Source of the DNA: a virus
Taxonomy: Duplodnaviria > Caudoviricetes
Direction: 5' to 3' (one strand)
Length of the DNA: 27,475 bases
Virus record (IMG/VR): IMGVR_UViG_3300022915_000008
Span: 1-27,475 of that record
Below, in pieces: positions 23,702 to 27,475 of this stretch. The position numbers and the translations under genes were made by a program. Every line of letters begins with the position of its first letter. Position 1 is the stretch's first letter. The notes below the pieces were generated by a model. That model was not told the origin of the DNA. It saw only the letters and a program-made list of their open reading frames with translations, and did no database searches.

Positions 23702-26700
23702 ATGGCGACCACGACGATTCTCCGGCCGTCCGCCACCTCGTCAGGTGTCGGCTGGACGGCCACGCCGAGCGGGACCCTGCACGGGGTCACCTCCGACGAC
23801 TCGGACGCCAGCTACGCGCTGTGGGGCGGTACCGGGTCGGCCCTGATCCTGGCGACCCCCGCTGACGCGCCGCCGGTGGGCGAGCGTCGCCACGCGGTCC
23901 GGCTGCGGATGCGTGGTGAGGACGGCGATGCCTGGGGCGCGGTCCGGCTGGCGACCGGCGCCCTGATCGCTGGCGCGGCTGCGCCGTTCACTTCCTCCCC
24001 GACCACGGTCACCGGAGCCTGGGGATTCGGCGTATTGCCGGACGGCTCCACCGTGCTGTCGGCGTACGTCACCGGGCAGAGTTCCGGCGTCAAGATCCAA
24101 GAGCTGTATATCGATGTGGACTCCCGCGAGGCACCGACGTTCACCCCTCAGGTGCTGGACTCCACCGGAACGTCCACGACCACCGTGACCGATACGGCCC
24201 AGCCAGGCATCTTCGCCAGCAGTCCGGACATGGACGGCCTGTCTGCCCGGCAGTACCGCTACTGGGTCACGCTCAGCGGGGCGATCGTCTGGGACACCGG
24301 GATCGTCAGCGGCCCGGCGGCCGTCCGGATCACCGACGCTCTCGACAACGGCGCGTACGTCGCGCACCTTCAGATCTGGTCCACGCTGGGACAGAACACC
24401 GAGTACGCCAGCGATGAGGAGACCGTGTCGTTCACGGTCGCCGTGGGTGCGATCCCGGCGCCGGACAACCCGATCGTCTCCCAGGTGCCGGGCACGCCTT
24501 TCTACGAACTTGAAGTATGCGCACCGTTCGCCGGGGACTTCGATGACGACCAGGCGTACATCGAGATCCAGCGGGTCGACTGTCCTCAGGGCGGTTACCT
24601 GAACCTGACCGGGGAGGACTTCTCGTCCGCGTCGGCGAGCTCGCCGGGTCCGCTGACCAACCTGGAGATCACGGCCTACGTAGCCCGTGATGACGACTGG
24701 TTCCCCACCGGCGAACAGACGCTGGCCAGCCACTTCGATACCAACGGTGACCAGCGCTCCTGGTGGTTCGGCATCGTGGCCGGTGGGTTCCCGATCATCC
24801 GCTGGAGTGAGGACGGCACCGCGTCCACCCAGGAGGCAGTCGGCACGGTCCAGGTCCCGTTCGACGCTTTCGGCCGATCGCTGTTGCGTGGCACGCTGCT
24901 GACCGACGACGGGGCTGGTGGGTGGACCGCGACGTTCGAGTCGTCGGACGACGCGGGCGTGACCTGGGACCCGATCGGCGACCCGGTTACCAACAGTGGT
25001 GGTGGCACCACGTCGCTGTTCGCCAGTTCGACGGACTACATGGTCGGTGCGTACATCGGGTCGGGGCTGGAGAACCAATGGGCCGGACGGCTGTACTGGG
25101 TTCAGTTCCGCAACGGGCCGCTCGGTGCCGTGACGATGTCGCCGGACTTCACCGGCCTGCCGTCCGGGACCGCGTTCGTCACCGACGACCAGGCCAACGT
25201 GTGGTCCGTCAACGTCCCGGCCACCATCGTCTCGGATCAGCAGATGACCAGCGTGGCGATCGTCGGCCCGCTGGAGACCGATGAGTGCACGACGTACACC
25301 GACTACACCCTTCCCCGGACCGGCATCGAGTCGACGTGTGAGCACACGCCGGACCCGTGCTGCTCGTACTACCGGGCCCGGACCGTGGGGAGGATCGATG
25401 GCCAGGTACAGATCAGCAACTGGTCCAACGCGTTCGATCCCGGCATCCCGAACGGGATCGTCTTCATGTGGCCGGACACCGACGCCAGCATCCCGGAGGG
25501 CTGGAACCGGGTCACTGAGCTGGACGGGAAGTATGCGAAGGGCGTGGCCACGACCGGGACCGAGCCGGGCAGTACCGGCGGCGCCGCCAGTCACGTGCAC
25601 ACGGTGCCGACGCACGTTCACGACACCAGCCACGTGCACACCACGTCCGCCAACACGTCGGCCGCCGTGGGTTCGTTCAGCTCCACCACCGGCGCGGCCG
25701 GGTCCACAGCGATCGCGGCGACGCACGTGCACACCACGCCGTCCACCAACTCGGCCACGGTCGACTCCGGCACGGCTCAGCCCACCATCGGTTCGGGGAA
25801 CAACGACCCGGCCCGGCTGGAGGTGCTGTTCATCGAGAGCAACGGTCAGCCGCTCGGCGTGCCGGACGGCGCGCTGGGTCTCTCTCCTGACACTTCACTG
25901 TCAGGTTGGACCGACCACGCGGCGGCCACGGGCAGGTTCCTGAAGGGCGCGGCAGCAGCGGGCGACGGCGGCGCGACGGCGGCCAGCGCGATCGATTCGC
26001 ACACGCACAGCGTCGCCGCCCACACGCACGCCGGTACCAGCCACCTGCACACCAGCGCTAACACCAACTCGGTGACCTCCACCCTGACGCTCAGCGCTGG
26101 TCCGACCTCCGCTGTGTGGGCGGCCAGCCACGCGCACCCGATCGTGATCGGGTCCAGCACGTCGGCCGCGCTCACGTCCGGCGGGTCCGGTACTTCCGGG
26201 GCCGACTCGCTCGGTACCGATGAGCCTCCGTTCGTGAACGTGCGCGTACAGGAGAACACCTCCGGAGACGTGTCGATGCCGGTCGGCATCATCGGCATCT
26301 GGCGCGGGTCGCTCGGCTCCATCCCCACCAACTGGGAGTTGTGCGACGGGACCGGCGGTAAGCCGGACCTGGTGGCCAAGTACCCGAAGGGCGCTACGAC
26401 GTCGCTCGGTACAACCGGCGGATCGCTCAACCCGCACAGTCACACCAGCCCCAGTCACAACCACACGACCAGCACGCACTCACACACCATGACGGTGGGC
26501 GCGCAGAATGCGGCCGTGCAGAACGTGTCCACCACGGTCACCGTGTCGGTGGCCAACGGCACGCACACGCACACGCACGGGGACACGGCGACGGCCACGC
26601 CGACGGTGGCCAGCGTGACATCCGGGACGCTGGCCAACACGACGTCCGAACCTCCGTATGAAGAGGTCGCGTTCGTCCAGCTGATGACAGAACCGACTCC

Positions 26701-27121
26701 TCCCCCGGAGCCTGATGAGTTCTGCCTGACGTGGGACGGGGACTACCACCTGATCCGGACCGAAGGACCTGACGGTCCGCTCTGGGTCCAGGTGGGCGGC
26801 ATCATCGATTGGGACCGGGACAGGCCTTTCACCAGCGCGACCGGTGTGATGGGGACGAGATTCGTCACGTCATCGGCGCCGGGCGGCAGGAACCTGCACA
26901 TGGTCACAGCCGTGGAGTCGGAAGCCGATCTTGCCTCCTTGATGGAGGTGCTGAATCGGCCGTTGGTTCTGGTCAGCCCAAGCGATTCCTTCGAAGTCTG
27001 GGCAGCACCGGTTGCCACCTCGGTCAAGGTGGTCAAGGTGGGGCGCATCCGCCAGGTTATGGCGGACTTCATCGCGACAGGTCCGCAGCCTGCGCCGCAA
27101 CTTGCCGATGTTGGGGTGTAG
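23702..27121 (+). CDS. large minor tail protein with a LamG-like insert and three collar+HxH fibre repeats
   Basis: First gene after the TMP; beta-rich; three repeats of about 138 aa at roughly 25442-26680. Confidence 0.85.
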   Translation: MATTTILRPSATSSGVGWTATPSGTLHGVTSDDSDASYALWGGTGSALILATPADAPPVGERRHAVRLRMRGEDGDAWGAVRLATGALIAGAAAPFTSSPTTVTGAWGFGVLPDGSTVLSAYVTGQSSGVKIQELYIDVDSREAPTFTPQVLDSTGTSTTTVTDTAQPGIFASSPDMDGLSARQYRYWVTLSGAIVWDTGIVSGPAAVRITDALDNGAYVAHLQIWSTLGQNTEYASDEETVSFTVAVGAIPAPDNPIVSQVPGTPFYELEVCAPFAGDFDDDQAYIEIQRVDCPQGGYLNLTGEDFSSASASSPGPLTNLEITAYVARDDDWFPTGEQTLASHFDTNGDQRSWWFGIVAGGFPIIRWSEDGTASTQEAVGTVQVPFDAFGRSLLRGTLLTDDGAGGWTATFESSDDAGVTWDPIGDPVTNSGGGTTSLFASSTDYMVGAYIGSGLENQWAGRLYWVQFRNGPLGAVTMSPDFTGLPSGTAFVTDDQANVWSVNVPATIVSDQQMTSVAIVGPLETDECTTYTDYTLPRTGIESTCEHTPDPCCSYYRARTVGRIDGQVQISNWSNAFDPGIPNGIVFMWPDTDASIPEGWNRVTELDGKYAKGVATTGTEPGSTGGAASHVHTVPTHVHDTSHVHTTSANTSAAVGSFSSTTGAAGSTAIAATHVHTTPSTNSATVDSGTAQPTIGSGNNDPARLEVLFIESNGQPLGVPDGALGLSPDTSLSGWTDHAAATGRFLKGAAAAGDGGATAASAIDSHTHSVAAHTHAGTSHLHTSANTNSVTSTLTLSAGPTSAVWAASHAHPIVIGSSTSAALTSGGSGTSGADSLGTDEPPFVNVRVQENTSGDVSMPVGIIGIWRGSLGSIPTNWELCDGTGGKPDLVAKYPKGATTSLGTTGGSLNPHSHTSPSHNHTTSTHSHTMTVGAQNAAVQNVSTTVTVSVANGTHTHTHGDTATATPTVASVTSGTLANTTSEPPYEEVAFVQLMTEPTPPPEPDEFCLTWDGDYHLIRTEGPDGPLWVQVGGIIDWDRDRPFTSATGVMGTRFVTSSAPGGRNLHMVTAVESEADLASLMEVLNRPLVLVSPSDSFEVWAAPVATSVKVVKVGRIRQVMADFIATGPQPAPQLADVGV

Positions 27122-27261
27122 AGGGTGGTGGCCACCACGCGGGGGACGAACGATAGTCCCGGGTGTTCAACCGGTCAGGCCGGTCAATCCTCGTTCAGGA
27201 GCACAAGCTACCGCATCACTTCGAAGTTCGGCAAGCCCTCCCGGCATGGCAGGATGAAGTC

Positions 27262-27475
27262 ATGACTGTTACGGACGTCCTGCGCCCGGTGTCGGTCCGC
27301 GATACCGGGGCCGGAACCGTGGTGCCGTCCGGCACCATGTCGGCCGTGACCTCGGACAACTCCGATGCCACGTATATCAACTTCATCGAGGCGAACTGGG
27401 GAGTCAGCTGGAGTCTCCGGGTCGGTTCTCATACCCCGTCGGCAGGGTATGGCAGGCACCGGATCAGGGGTCGCA
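27262..27475 (+). CDS. minor tail protein (partial, runs off the window), N-terminus paralogous to 23702..27121
   Basis: MTVTDVLRP...VPSGTMSAVTSDNSDATY...P..G..RH aligns with MATTTILRP...TPSGTLHGVTSDDSDASY...PP.G.RRH. Confidence 0.75.
   Translation, partial: MTVTDVLRPVSVRDTGAGTVVPSGTMSAVTSDNSDATYINFIEANWGVSWSLRVGSHTPSAGYGRHRIRGR

Noticed and set aside
23741-25732. 663-aa minus-strand ORF
   Set aside because: Shadow of the minor tail gene.
27125-27265. About 45-codon GTG ORF between the two minor tail genes
   Set aside because: Weak RBS and atypical codons; the region is better explained as the promoter of 27262.

Overview
A GC-rich actinobacteriophage (siphovirus-type) virion morphogenesis region. 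Its architecture resembles mycobacteriophage cluster-B-like phages: DUF1360 membrane protein, portal, MuF-like protein, capsid maturation protease, separate capsid hexamer and pentamer proteins, major tail, head-tail connectors, two separate tail chaperones, tape measure and minor tail proteins. The rightward structural operon is interrupted by accessory islands. A leftward island of small genes (7171-10684) and a ParB-like DGQHR gene are driven by near-consensus TTGACA-N17-TANNNT promoters embedded in a repeated imperfect palindrome (TGAC-N8-GTCAAC). That palindrome also occurs without a -10 at gene ends. A small rightward cluster between the tail chaperones holds candidate anti-defence genes, one bounded by an exact 22-bp direct repeat. 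Other notable items: apparent widespread leaderless transcription; two tandem RFX/D5-type winged-helix genes next to an origin-like region with GGTAAC sites; an anti-SD hairpin between the hexamer and pentamer genes; and a post-tape-measure protein carrying three in-register collar+HxH fibre repeats. All family calls come from motif recognition by eye, not database searches. No tRNA, CRISPR array, integrase, terminase or lysin was seen.
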